A DNA stretch of 64,000 nt, taken from NCBI GenBank assembly GCA_942490825.1, contig CALNYG010000004.1, forward strand, positions 116,888 to 180,887, in the 5' to 3' direction. A program made the position numbers and the translations under genes. This DNA is from Candidatus Moraniibacteriota bacterium (lineage in GTDB: Bacteria; Patescibacteriota; Minisyncoccia; Moranbacterales; GCA-2747515). Positions 1-10,433 of this stretch are shown piece after piece. How positions within the stretch are numbered: the first letter of the stretch is position 1; every line of letters starts with the position of its first letter. The notes below the pieces were generated by a model. The model had not been told where the DNA came from and did not search any database. It saw only the letters and a list, made by a program, of their open reading frames with translations.

Positions 1-92
1 CTATTCATTTTACATTATCTATAGTTTGGTAGCAATACCATTTTTTTAAATATATTATAATTTTATTTGTTAAGTTTATTATAACATGCTAT

Positions 93-1124
93 CTAAAAAT
101 CCCAATTTCCATTCATACTGCTCGACTGCGTATAATTAACAACAGTAGCCTCAAGAAAATTACTTTTATCCCCTCTTGCATCTTGCACACGATCTAAGTG
201 TTTGTAAGGGTTTTCCACTGCTTCAGGATACAAAGGTTTAATACCTAACATATTCAAACGCTGATTTGCCAGCCATTTCGTATAATCAATCGTTGTCTCT
301 CCATTAATTCCAGGAATCTTATTGCCTAAAATGTGTTTACTCCACTTAATTTCTTGCTTCACAGCAATATCTGTCATTTCTTTAATCACTTCTTCATCAA
401 ACATAACTGGAAATTCTTTTTCAATCTCGCGAATAATATTTGAAAACATTGTAACATGTGTTAATTCGTCTCGACGAATATATGAAATCATTTTACCAGT
501 CGCCTGCATTTTTCCTTGATCAACTAATGTATCAAAAAATGCAAATCCATTGTAAAAATAAATCGACTCCAAAAGAAAGTTCGCCACAACACCTTTGAAA
601 AAATTTTCATCATTTGGTTCATCAATAAAATTCTGATAAATTTGTCCAATATACTCATTCCGTTCAAGTAAAATTTCATCCTCTTTCCAAAAATAATAAA
701 TTTCTTCTCGTTCATCGCTATCCACAATTGTTTCTAAAATTGTTGCATAAGATTGTGAATGAATTGCTTCTTGATAAGTTTGAATTGAAAGCAGTAAATT
801 CACTTCAGGAGAAGTTATGTAATTAGACAAATTAGGTAAATTAACCGTTTGGATTGAATCCAGAAAAATTAAAAAAGACAGAATTCCTTTATAAGCTCGC
901 TGTTCTTCTTCTGAAAGATGAGATTTAAACATTCTTGCATCATCTTTTAGTCCAACTACTTTTTCAGGAATCCAAAAATTTCCCACCATTACTATATATA
1001 ATGATTTTGCCCATTGATATTTTGACTCATTTAATTGAAAGAGACCAGTCATATCTCCTTTAATGATTGTTCTTTTAGACAAATCATCATTCCCCTGCGG
1101 ATTAAATATTTTATTTTTTTTCAT
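93..1124 (-). CDS. nrdB: ribonucleotide reductase class I small (beta/R2) subunit
   Basis: 343-aa ORF with ferritin-like R2 signatures (FLIFLDSIQ, HSQSYATILE, YIRRDELTHV). It lies downstream of the alpha subunit on the same strand. Confidence 0.9.
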   Translation of the reverse strand: MKKNKIFNPQGNDDLSKRTIIKGDMTGLFQLNESKYQWAKSLYIVMVGNFWIPEKVVGLKDDARMFKSHLSEEEQRAYKGILSFLIFLDSIQTVNLPNLSNYITSPEVNLLLSIQTYQEAIHSQSYATILETIVDSDEREEIYYFWKEDEILLERNEYIGQIYQNFIDEPNDENFFKGVVANFLLESIYFYNGFAFFDTLVDQGKMQATGKMISYIRRDELTHVTMFSNIIREIEKEFPVMFDEEVIKEMTDIAVKQEIKWSKHILGNKIPGINGETTIDYTKWLANQRLNMLGIKPLYPEAVENPYKHLDRVQDARGDKSNFLEATVVNYTQSSSMNGNWDF

Positions 1125-1196
1125 AGAATTATAGTTAAAAATTTATAAAGTATTAAGTTTATAAAGTTATTTTATTTTTTAATATTATTTTTTCAA

Positions 1197-1474
1197 ATGT
1201 CATTTCGACTAGGACATAGCGGAACGGAGAAATCTCAAAACTTTGTATTTTTCTAAAACTTTAAGATTTATTAATTTTATACTGCTCCAATCAAAATGAT
1301 ATTGAAGATTTTCCTAAAAAATATAATTTTCTTATTATTTTGAACGAAGTAAAATTTTTGTTAAAAAATTTAATATAATGAAGAATCTACTAAAGATAAT
1401 ACCCGACTTTTAAATTACTAAATTATCAGAAAAACTTACTGATATTATTCACTCCGCTACGTTCAGAATGACAG
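1197..1474. repeat. composite or decayed hairpin-repeat block in the nrdA-nrdB spacer
   Basis: The left end ATGTCATTTCGACTAGGACATAGCGGAACGGAGAAATCTCAAAAC (1197-1241) is about 87% identical to the reverse complement of 9125-9168. The right end CGCTACGTTCAGAATGACAG (to 1474) is the reverse complement of the CTGTCATTCTGAACG module seen at 40686 and 51127. Internal remnants are ATTTTGAACGAAGTAAAAT (1337-1355) and AATGAAGAATC (1378-1388). Confidence 0.75.
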
Positions 1475-1558
1475 GTTGTGAACTATTTGAAAATTAAAAA
1501 TTCGTAAATTTAAAATTTTACAAACAGTAATACCAATCATTGTAATGCAACTCTTCTG

Positions 1559-3868
1559 CTATCCTGAACATCCTTCACAAACATTACCAGTTTTCTCAAC
1601 TTCACCTGACAAACTCCTCACATAATAAATTGTCTTAATTCCCTTTCGCCAAGCATTAAAATAATAATTATATAGCTGTAACGGACTCGTTTTTACCGGA
1701 TCAATCATCCATTCAAAACTCACCGATTGATCAATCCACTTATAAATCACGCTCATCATATCGATCACATCGTCCATATCCATGTCCATATATTCTTTGT
1801 AAAAAAAGTAATTTTCCCGATTCAATTTCGGTGCCACACGAACTGTTGGCGCAGAAAGATTAGTCTCTACAAAATATCTCTTATAAATCGGTAACATAGC
1901 TGCAGTTGTCCCAACTACCCCCGCTGTTGAAGTGTTCGGAGCTGGAGCTGTATGATAAGAAAAACGCACACCATATTTTTTCATATCAGTAAAAAGCTGT
2001 TTCCACTTCTCACCATGATCAGTGTTTTCTTCATACCATTTATGATCTCGGTTTAAAATCAAACCTTTATCATAATCACTACCCTTGTAAACTTTGTAAG
2101 TCCCTCGCTCTTTTGCTAAGTCAACCGACACTCGATAAGTGTGATAGGAATATCGTTCAAATAAATTATTCACATATTCTCTCGCTTCTTTACTGTCATA
2201 TTTAATTTTATTCACTGCCAAATGCTCTGCCAAACCAAGATAACCGATTCCCATACTGCGATAACGCTCTGCTGTATATTCTGCTTCTTTAACAGGATAA
2301 GATGTTAAAGTAATCACATTATCAACAATACGCTCCACAACAGGAATAACTTCAGCTATAGTTTTATCATCGTGAACTTTTGCCACATTTATTGATGCTA
2401 AATTACACACAACAAAATCACCTGGTTTATATCGCAAAACAATTTTTCCATCCTCAATTTTTTCTTCAATAAATTTTGATGGATTTGAATTTTGGCAAAT
2501 TTCTGTGCAAGCCTGAGTTGAATAAATATTTCCCGCATGTCGATTAGCGTTTTCTCTATTGACCGTATCGCGAAAAAATACATAAGGCATTCCCGTTTCA
2601 ACCGCCACCTTCATAAACTTTTTAAATAAATCCTTCGCTTTCACAGTTCGCTTAACTTTCAGCCGATCATCTTTTTCTAGAACTTTATAAAGCTTAACAA
2701 AATCCTTATCAAAATTATCTTGTAATTTTTTACCATGAACTAATTCAATTTCATGTGGATCAAAAATTGTCCATTCCGCATCCTGCTCTACCCTTTCCAT
2801 AAACAAATCTGGAATAGAAATTGCTGGAAAAATATCATAAGCTTTAGATCGAATATCTCCAGACTCTGTTTGCAAATCAAGAAAATCGTAAATATCATAA
2901 TGCCAAACATCCAAGGTTGTTGAAATAACGCCTAAACGAGTTCCTTGCTGATTTACTGCTGTTGCGGTATCATTAATGACTTTTATCCAAGGAATCACAC
3001 CACCAGAAACACCTTTTTCACCACGAATTTCCGCCTCTCGAGAGCGAATATTTCCAAGGTAAACTCCCATTCCCCCGCCAAACTTTGAGATCTGTGCCAT
3101 ATTTTCAATACCATGATAAATCGCTCGCAAATCATCATCAATATTTAATTTGAAACAACTTGATAATTGATGATATGTTGTTCGTGCGTTTAACAGAGTT
3201 GGCGTCGGCAAAGAAATTTTTTGTTGTGAACAATTATCATAAATCTGCAAAGCAAATTTTAAACGATTTTCTTTCTTTTCTGGAATTGCTAAAAATAATG
3301 CAACTGACATGTACATTTGTTGTGGTAATTCTTTTACAACTTTATTCGGATTTAAAAGATAACGTTTTGCTAAAGATAAAACGGTTGTATATTCATAATC
3401 CTGATCACGTTTCGTATCAATGTGTCGACCAGCTTCTAAAATATCTTCCTTTGAATAATATTTGTAAAAGTCTTGATAATACAAATTGTTTTCCATGTAT
3501 TCCTCAAAGAGCGACAAATAAGATTCTGGAGTGTAAAGTTTTTCAACTGACAATCCTCGATTTCGTGAGGCTTGTTTGTAAAGATTACTCACGAAAATTC
3601 GTGCTGCGACGTGTTGCCAGGCAATATTAGTTACTGTAACTAAATCGATACAAGCTTTGACCATTAACTGATTGATGTTTGATGTTTTAATTTCATCAAC
3701 AACATTTTTTTCAAAAGCTTGGAGGAATGCATCAAATTTACATTCTTTTTTATAACCTTTAACACCCCGCTCAAAAACTTTTCTGATTTTTTCCACGTCA
3801 AAAGTTTTTTGAGAATTATCAAATTTAATAACTTTAATATTTTTTTCTTTAATTTTATTTTTAGACAT
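1559..3868 (-). CDS. nrdA: ribonucleotide reductase class Ia large (alpha/R1) subunit
   Basis: 769-aa ORF. It has an N-terminal ATP-cone-like segment (VIKFDNSQKTFDVEKIRKV), a conserved R1 core (LSSCFKL, PWIKVIND, TAPAPNTSTA) and a C-terminal redox tail CEGCSG. Confidence 0.93.
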   Translation of the reverse strand: MSKNKIKEKNIKVIKFDNSQKTFDVEKIRKVFERGVKGYKKECKFDAFLQAFEKNVVDEIKTSNINQLMVKACIDLVTVTNIAWQHVAARIFVSNLYKQASRNRGLSVEKLYTPESYLSLFEEYMENNLYYQDFYKYYSKEDILEAGRHIDTKRDQDYEYTTVLSLAKRYLLNPNKVVKELPQQMYMSVALFLAIPEKKENRLKFALQIYDNCSQQKISLPTPTLLNARTTYHQLSSCFKLNIDDDLRAIYHGIENMAQISKFGGGMGVYLGNIRSREAEIRGEKGVSGGVIPWIKVINDTATAVNQQGTRLGVISTTLDVWHYDIYDFLDLQTESGDIRSKAYDIFPAISIPDLFMERVEQDAEWTIFDPHEIELVHGKKLQDNFDKDFVKLYKVLEKDDRLKVKRTVKAKDLFKKFMKVAVETGMPYVFFRDTVNRENANRHAGNIYSTQACTEICQNSNPSKFIEEKIEDGKIVLRYKPGDFVVCNLASINVAKVHDDKTIAEVIPVVERIVDNVITLTSYPVKEAEYTAERYRSMGIGYLGLAEHLAVNKIKYDSKEAREYVNNLFERYSYHTYRVSVDLAKERGTYKVYKGSDYDKGLILNRDHKWYEENTDHGEKWKQLFTDMKKYGVRFSYHTAPAPNTSTAGVVGTTAAMLPIYKRYFVETNLSAPTVRVAPKLNRENYFFYKEYMDMDMDDVIDMMSVIYKWIDQSVSFEWMIDPVKTSPLQLYNYYFNAWRKGIKTIYYVRSLSGEVEKTGNVCEGCSG

Positions 3869-4047
3869 AATTTTTTGTTTAATTTTTTAGACTGAAATCA
3901 ACTTAACGTAACAATAATGTAGATGAAATGTTGACCTCTAATTAATCAAATTTTTCAAATTTTATTTGTAAATAATTTTTCAGAGTCAAAAAAAGAGGTA
4001 AGTCAAAAAAGCCCAACCCCTTTTAAACTCATTCACAAAAAAATAGC

Positions 4048-4674
4048 TTATAATTTCCCAATTAAATCAACGCCTGGCTTCAAAGTCTTTTTTCCTGGGG
4101 TCCAACTCGCTGGACAAACCTGACCTTTATTCTTATCAACAAACTGAGCCGCTTGAATTTTTCTAATCAATTCATCAACATTTCGTCCAATACTATTATC
4201 ATTCACTTCATAAGCCTTCAAAATACCTTTTGGATCGATAATAAAAGTCCCTCGTAAAGACAATCCCTCATCATCAATGTAAACACCAAACATTTGAGAT
4301 AACTTCCCAGTCGGATCAGCCGCCATCGGGAATTTTATCTTTCCAACTGCCGGAGAACTGTCATGCCAAGCCTTGTGACAAAAAGCTGTATCTGTAGAAA
4401 CACTAACTACTTCTACACCTAGACTCTTTAATTTAGCATAAGCATTTGCCATATCTTCTAACTCAGTTGGACAAATAAACGTAAAATCCGCTGGATAGAA
4501 AAACAAAATTGTCCATTTATTATTCCTCCTAAAATTTGAAAGTTTAGTTTTTTTAATTTTATTAGCATGATAAACTTCAAATTCACACTCTGGAACTTTT
4601 CTACCAATCACAGGCAGTTCATTTATTGAAAAATCTGAAAAATACATTTCGTCTTCCATTATTTCTTTTGTCAT
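4048..4674 (-). CDS. 2-Cys peroxiredoxin (AhpC/Prx1 family)
   Basis: Peroxidatic Cys motif FFYPADFTFICPTE and resolving Cys motif GQVCPASW. Confidence 0.9.
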   Translation of the reverse strand: MTKEIMEDEMYFSDFSINELPVIGRKVPECEFEVYHANKIKKTKLSNFRRNNKWTILFFYPADFTFICPTELEDMANAYAKLKSLGVEVVSVSTDTAFCHKAWHDSSPAVGKIKFPMAADPTGKLSQMFGVYIDDEGLSLRGTFIIDPKGILKAYEVNDNSIGRNVDELIRKIQAAQFVDKNKGQVCPASWTPGKKTLKPGVDLIGKL

Positions 4675-5096
4675 AATTTTTATGTTAACTATTTAATTTT
4701 CTTTAAAAACTTTTGAACGTATTATATTAATTGAAAAAATTTTTAATCAGATTATAAAATAAAAAATGAAAAGATCTCAAAAAATTTAACATTAATTTAA
4801 AATTAATTTATTATCAAGTTTTCCAAATAACTTTTAGCTACTTACTATATTCGTCAATAAAGTAAAGACTAAATTTCAGTTAAATAAAACGTAAGCTTTA
4901 AAGAAAGATTTATTAATATTCTTTAATATTAATTTGTATAATGTTTAAAGTCAATACCACAACATATTGTGTTATGTGGGTAACTCACCTATGCCTGTTT
5001 TTCAAAAGAACTAAATAATCCCTAACGTAAAAAGTCAGCCTTGAAATCAAGTTCTTTTAACTTAACTTTTTGAAATTAAATTTCATAATAAAAAAT

Positions 5097-5128
5097 AAAA
5101 GACTTTCACAAAAATGCAAAAGTCTTTT
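5097..5128 (-). terminator. rho-independent terminator-like hairpin downstream of the surface-protein gene
   Basis: AAAAGACTTT / AAAGTCTTTT stem with flanking A/T runs, 20 nt beyond the stop at 5148. Confidence 0.55.
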
Positions 5129-5147
5129 AAAAGTTAGCTATAAGAAT

Positions 5148-7190
5148 TTACAAATCTATAATCGTCTTTTTCTTTTCTCGACGTTTAAATTTAAATCCTC
5201 CTAACCTCTTCTGATTAAACCAAGCTGCCCCAGAAGCAATTATGGTTGCCATTCCCGTAATTGCAATTCCAGGACCCGTTGTTGGTGAAGTACTTACAAC
5301 AGGAATATTTGTTGGACAACGATAACCAAAATCTGCTTTTTTATAATGTTGATCATCATCTAAATCTTTTTTTGTTGAATGATCTAATTTACCATCACGA
5401 TCATATGTCTGATAACATCCATCTGGTAAAGTTTCTGCGGCTACTACAATTTTATATCCTCCCTCACACAAATCATCAAACTTGTAATCCCCATTGCTAT
5501 TTGTCCATGTTTTTTCAACATCATCACCATTATATAATTTTAACTTAACATTACTGATTCCCTCTTCTCCAGAATCTTGAACACCATCTCCATCCTTATC
5601 ATTCCACACGAAATCACCAATAGACGCTTCACATTTTTCTTTTTTCTTCTTTTTCTTTTTATCCTCTTCCTCCACCTCTTTTTTTTCTTCTTTCTTTACC
5701 TCTTTTTTTCCTTTGACTGAAACATTAGAAGTATCTGAATCAATATCTGAACCATTATCACTCTCACCTGTTGCAGTTGCAGTGTTAATATAAGAATTAG
5801 TTACATTCTTATCCGTACAAGTATAGCTAAAAGATTCATTTGGATCTAAATAAATATGATTTGAACCATATTTATCTTTAATCAAATCAGAAACCTTACT
5901 TTTACTAACAGAACAAGCTGAAACCTGATTATCACTTACAGAAACCGTATTTAATCGAGATTCTCCATTATTATTAACTGTAATTTTAAAGTGAGCATCA
6001 CTACCTTCGTCAATACTTTGACTATCTCCACCTTCCTTAGCTTCTTTATTTATATCAACACTAACACTTTTCTCTGGTTCATCTCCTACCACAACATCAC
6101 TATCATCATCGTCAGTAACACTCGTAGCATCATTATCCTCACCATTAACTACCGCAATATTCGTGAATGAATCTGTTACGTTTTCTATTGTACAAGTATA
6201 AGTGCTTTCTTCTCCAACCGTTAAGTCTCCGATTGTTTTATCACAACTTGGTGATAAAACATCAGTTACTTTTACATTTGAAAGGTCTGTGTTTCCATTA
6301 TTAGTTACTGTAATTGAGAAAGTTGCTGTTTCGCCTTCTTCTACTGTTTGAGTATCATCATTGTTGTCATTATCGTCTTTAATGATTTTAATTGAAGGAT
6401 CATTGATCTGTTGTATTTCTTTAGTTGCAGTACAAGTTGGTGTACTTCCTCCATCAGCTCCGCTACAATTCCATGTCCATGGACTCGCTTGTTCTCCTGT
6501 TCCTGATATAACTGATTCTGTTCCCACTGTACATAAACTTCCAGTTGCTGGAATTTCTGTTAATATTTGTCCATTGTATTGACTATTACATTGTCCATTT
6601 ACTGGAGTCGGTGAAGTTGGTGGAGTTACAGGTGGAGTTACAGGTGGTGGTGTTATGTCTTTTAAAAGCATACAAACTGGTATATGACTGTTTGGATTTG
6701 AATTTGGATAAGGTTTAACATGTCGCAATGAAATCATATCCACAGCTTTTCCCACATCGATATTTCCAACACCACCTGTCCAATAAGCTTGTTCTTTTCC
6801 GTCTGGTATATCTTTTGATGGATTAGTTACTGCTACAGTTTTATTATTAGCTGCTAAAAGTACCCAAAATTGTTCATTTGATTGATTAGCTGAACTTCTC
6901 CCTGAATACCCGTCAAATGATTGAAGAGTTACTGAATATTTTCCTTTTGGAATATTTACATTTTGATACAATACATCAGACCAAGTGCTAGTTTGTTCTG
7001 TTGATATTAAACCATATCCTTTTGCAGCATTATCAAACACGACTAAAACATCGCTTGCTTTTTCCTTTGATAATGTACAAGAAACTGGATAGTGTTCTAC
7101 AGCTTCTGCATTATATGTAGTTGCTAAAAATATTATCGCAACACTGAATACTGATAGTATTGTTGTGGCTAGGATTTTTTTCATACTCAT
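5148..7190 (-). CDS. secreted cell-surface protein with two DUF11-type repeats, an SdrD B-like domain and a C-terminal sorting-signal-like anchor
   Basis: N-terminal signal peptide and a PPVTPPVTPP linker. There is a Cys-rich module (GQCNS...LCTVG...WTWNCSG...CTA) and two repeats of the type TVTNNGNTDLSNVKVTD...C. A K/E-rich linker is followed by GDFVWNDKDGDGVQDSGEEGISNVKLKL. The C-terminus is SPTTG plus a hydrophobic helix plus a KRREKKK tail. Confidence 0.7.
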   Translation of the reverse strand: MSMKKILATTILSVFSVAIIFLATTYNAEAVEHYPVSCTLSKEKASDVLVVFDNAAKGYGLISTEQTSTWSDVLYQNVNIPKGKYSVTLQSFDGYSGRSSANQSNEQFWVLLAANNKTVAVTNPSKDIPDGKEQAYWTGGVGNIDVGKAVDMISLRHVKPYPNSNPNSHIPVCMLLKDITPPPVTPPVTPPTSPTPVNGQCNSQYNGQILTEIPATGSLCTVGTESVISGTGEQASPWTWNCSGADGGSTPTCTATKEIQQINDPSIKIIKDDNDNNDDTQTVEEGETATFSITVTNNGNTDLSNVKVTDVLSPSCDKTIGDLTVGEESTYTCTIENVTDSFTNIAVVNGEDNDATSVTDDDDSDVVVGDEPEKSVSVDINKEAKEGGDSQSIDEGSDAHFKITVNNNGESRLNTVSVSDNQVSACSVSKSKVSDLIKDKYGSNHIYLDPNESFSYTCTDKNVTNSYINTATATGESDNGSDIDSDTSNVSVKGKKEVKKEEKKEVEEEDKKKKKKKEKCEASIGDFVWNDKDGDGVQDSGEEGISNVKLKLYNGDDVEKTWTNSNGDYKFDDLCEGGYKIVVAAETLPDGCYQTYDRDGKLDHSTKKDLDDDQHYKKADFGYRCPTNIPVVSTSPTTGPGIAITGMATIIASGAAWFNQKRLGGFKFKRREKKKTIIDL

Positions 7191-7412
7191 TTTTTAATAT
7201 TTACAATTAATTTAAAAATATTTTATCTAACCGCTAATAATACCATTATTCTATTTTTTTGTCAATGGCTTGTCAACTCCCAAAAACTATGATAATCTAC
7301 TTAAAGACTTACAGGAAAGAAGTCCTTATTTAGTTTTCGAGTATTTTGATAGCACTGCTTTCAGAAAATCCATTACTATAAATTTATAATATTTATTTTT
7401 TTAAGAAAAAAT

Positions 7413-7709
7413 ATGAAAAAAGACATTCACCCTAAATATAACTCCAAAGCAACACTTTCTTGTTCTTGTGGAGCAAAATTAGTTACAGGAGCAGTAAAAG
7501 ATCTAGAAGTTGAGACTTGTTCACAGTGTCATCCATTTTACACTGGAAAACAGAAAATTGTTGATTCAGCTGGACGAGTAGAGAAATTCAAAAAACTTAG
7601 AGCAAAAGTATCTGAAACTCAAAAAGATCGTAAAAAAGTCCAAGATAAAGAAGAGAAGCAAAAAGTAAAAGCTGAAAAACAAGCTAAAAAAGAAACTGCT
7701 AAAGCCTAG
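7413..7709 (+). CDS. rpmE: 50S ribosomal protein L31 (Zn-ribbon type) with a Lys-rich C-terminal extension
   Basis: [13 protein letters not shown]...[13 protein letters not shown], and a roughly 35-aa K/E-rich tail. Confidence 0.92.
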   Translation: MKKDIHPKYNSKATLSCSCGAKLVTGAVKDLEVETCSQCHPFYTGKQKIVDSAGRVEKFKKLRAKVSETQKDRKKVQDKEEKQKVKAEKQAKKETAKA

Positions 7710-7732
7710 CAATTCCAACTTAGAATTTAAAA

Positions 7733-7766
7733 AACACTGTAATTTTTCAAGAACAGTGTTTTTTAT
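7733..7766 (+). terminator. rho-independent terminator of rpmE
   Basis: AACACTGT / ACAGTGTT stem followed by TTTTT. Confidence 0.65.
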
Positions 7767-7875
7767 TTTATGTTATTATTAAATCACCTGTCATTACAAA
7801 GAGAAACAAAGTGACGACATGCCAATCTCGTTAAGCCTTTCCAGAACTTTAAATAAATCTCTAATAAAAAAATTT

Positions 7876-8952
<1,077 letters not shown>

Positions 8953-9041
8953 CCCTACTTCATCTTTCTCTTTTGAGAATTATAAAAAGTCCTGCGGACG
9001 GCTTTTCAAAACTTATCAGACATCTCTATCGACTTTAATTA

Positions 9042-9168
9042 ATGTCATTTCTACCGGAATATTTTTAAACGTAGTTTTAAAATATACAGTGGAGAAATCT
9101 CAAAGCTTTAGTTTCAACTTAGAGTTTTGAGATTTCTCCATTCCGCTACGCTCCAGTCGAAATGACAT
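9042..9168. repeat. 127-bp hairpin element with perfect 10-bp terminal inverted repeats
   Basis: Termini are ATGTCATTTC (9042-9051) and GAAATGACAT (9159-9168). There is an internal 14-bp stem GGAGAAATCTCAAA / TTTGAGATTTCTCC (9091-9139). The right half matches 1197-1241 in reverse complement. Confidence 0.85.
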
Positions 9169-9212
9169 AAGTAGGTTTTTTTTAAAAAGTCTAATCTCTT
9201 AATTTAGACAGT

Positions 9213-10409
9213 ATGCAAAATTCCAAAATCCAAAAACTAATCCAAGAAATAAACAATACCGAAAAACAAAAAGTAAAATTCCCCATCGCTGACAAAACAA
9301 TTCACTTGGATAGATTAGAAAATAATATTCATAAAATAAAAAAAGCTTTTCTAAAAAATAACAAGAAAATTCTAATTCCCGTAAAAGCCAATGCTTATGG
9401 TCACGGAATAATTCCTGTTGCAAAATTTTTAGAAGAAAAAAATTTAGTCGATTATTTTGGAACTGCTCATTTGGAAGAGGCTCGGCTGTTACGAAAAAAT
9501 GAAATTGAGACAAATATTTTAGTTTTGAGTCAACCTATTTTTAATGAAGAAAGTATTGATTTTATCATTGAAAACGATATCGAAATTTCTGTTTCTGATT
9601 TTAATTTTATAGAAAAAGTTTCTATTTATTTAAAAAATAGTGATAAAAAAATAAAAATTCACTTAATGATCGACACAGGAATGGGTCGTGAAGGAATTTT
9701 AGCAAAAAATTTAAAGAGTGAAGATTTACAAAAAATTAGAGAAAATAAAAATATTGATTTGATTGGCGTTTACACACATTTTGCTGTTGCGGATGAAAGT
9801 GAAAAAACAAGTGTTGAATTTACTGAATCGCAAATTGATAAATTTATAAAAGTTAAAGAAATAGTTGAAAATATTTTTGACGACAAGAAAATTATTTTTC
9901 ACACTGCAAATTCTGGTGCTACCCTGTCGAATAAAAAAGCTATCTTTGATATGATTCGTCCGGGAATTTTGACTTATGGTTATTCTGATAATTTAACTAT
10001 CGATGTGAAGCCTGTTTTGGAATTGAAAACTAAAATATCTTTAATTAAAAAATTTCCGCCAAATTATTCTATTGGTTATGGCAGAACTTATAAAACGAAA
10101 AATGAAGAAAATGTTGGAATTATTCCGATTGGTTATGGTGATGGTTTAATGAGGGCTGGGAGTAATAAATTTCGATTTATTGTGAATAATTCTTCTGCGA
10201 AAGTTTCAGGAAGGATAAGTATGGATCAAACTTCTGTTTTGATTGGCGAGAAGGTTAAAGTTGGTGATGAGGTTATTTTGATCGGTGAGAGTGGTGATAA
10301 GGGTGTTTGGGCTGATGATTTGGCGAAGTTGGTTGATTCTATTGCTTATGAGGTTTTGACTGGGTTTGGGGATCAGAAGAGAATTGGGAGTGTTTATAAG
10401 TACAAGTAA
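9213..10409 (+). CDS. alr: alanine racemase
   Basis: PLP-lysine motif VKANAYGHG and the PIGYGDG region; 398 aa. Confidence 0.9.
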   Translation: MQNSKIQKLIQEINNTEKQKVKFPIADKTIHLDRLENNIHKIKKAFLKNNKKILIPVKANAYGHGIIPVAKFLEEKNLVDYFGTAHLEEARLLRKNEIETNILVLSQPIFNEESIDFIIENDIEISVSDFNFIEKVSIYLKNSDKKIKIHLMIDTGMGREGILAKNLKSEDLQKIRENKNIDLIGVYTHFAVADESEKTSVEFTESQIDKFIKVKEIVENIFDDKKIIFHTANSGATLSNKKAIFDMIRPGILTYGYSDNLTIDVKPVLELKTKISLIKKFPPNYSIGYGRTYKTKNEENVGIIPIGYGDGLMRAGSNKFRFIVNNSSAKVSGRISMDQTSVLIGEKVKVGDEVILIGESGDKGVWADDLAKLVDSIAYEVLTGFGDQKRIGSVYKYK

Positions 10410-10433
10410 ACTTTAATCACTTTTTAAAAAATC

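Noticed and set aside
3869-4047. NrdR box upstream of nrdA
   Set aside because: No convincing 16-bp palindrome of the acaCwAtATaTwGtgt type is present. Only weak partial dyads occur in AT-rich sequence.
5630-5710. Purine-rich tract (AAGAAGAAAAAG...) inside the surface-protein gene as a possible simple-sequence contingency locus
   Set aside because: It encodes a K/E-rich linker in frame. It is not a homopolymer or a perfect short tandem repeat of the kind that drives phase variation.
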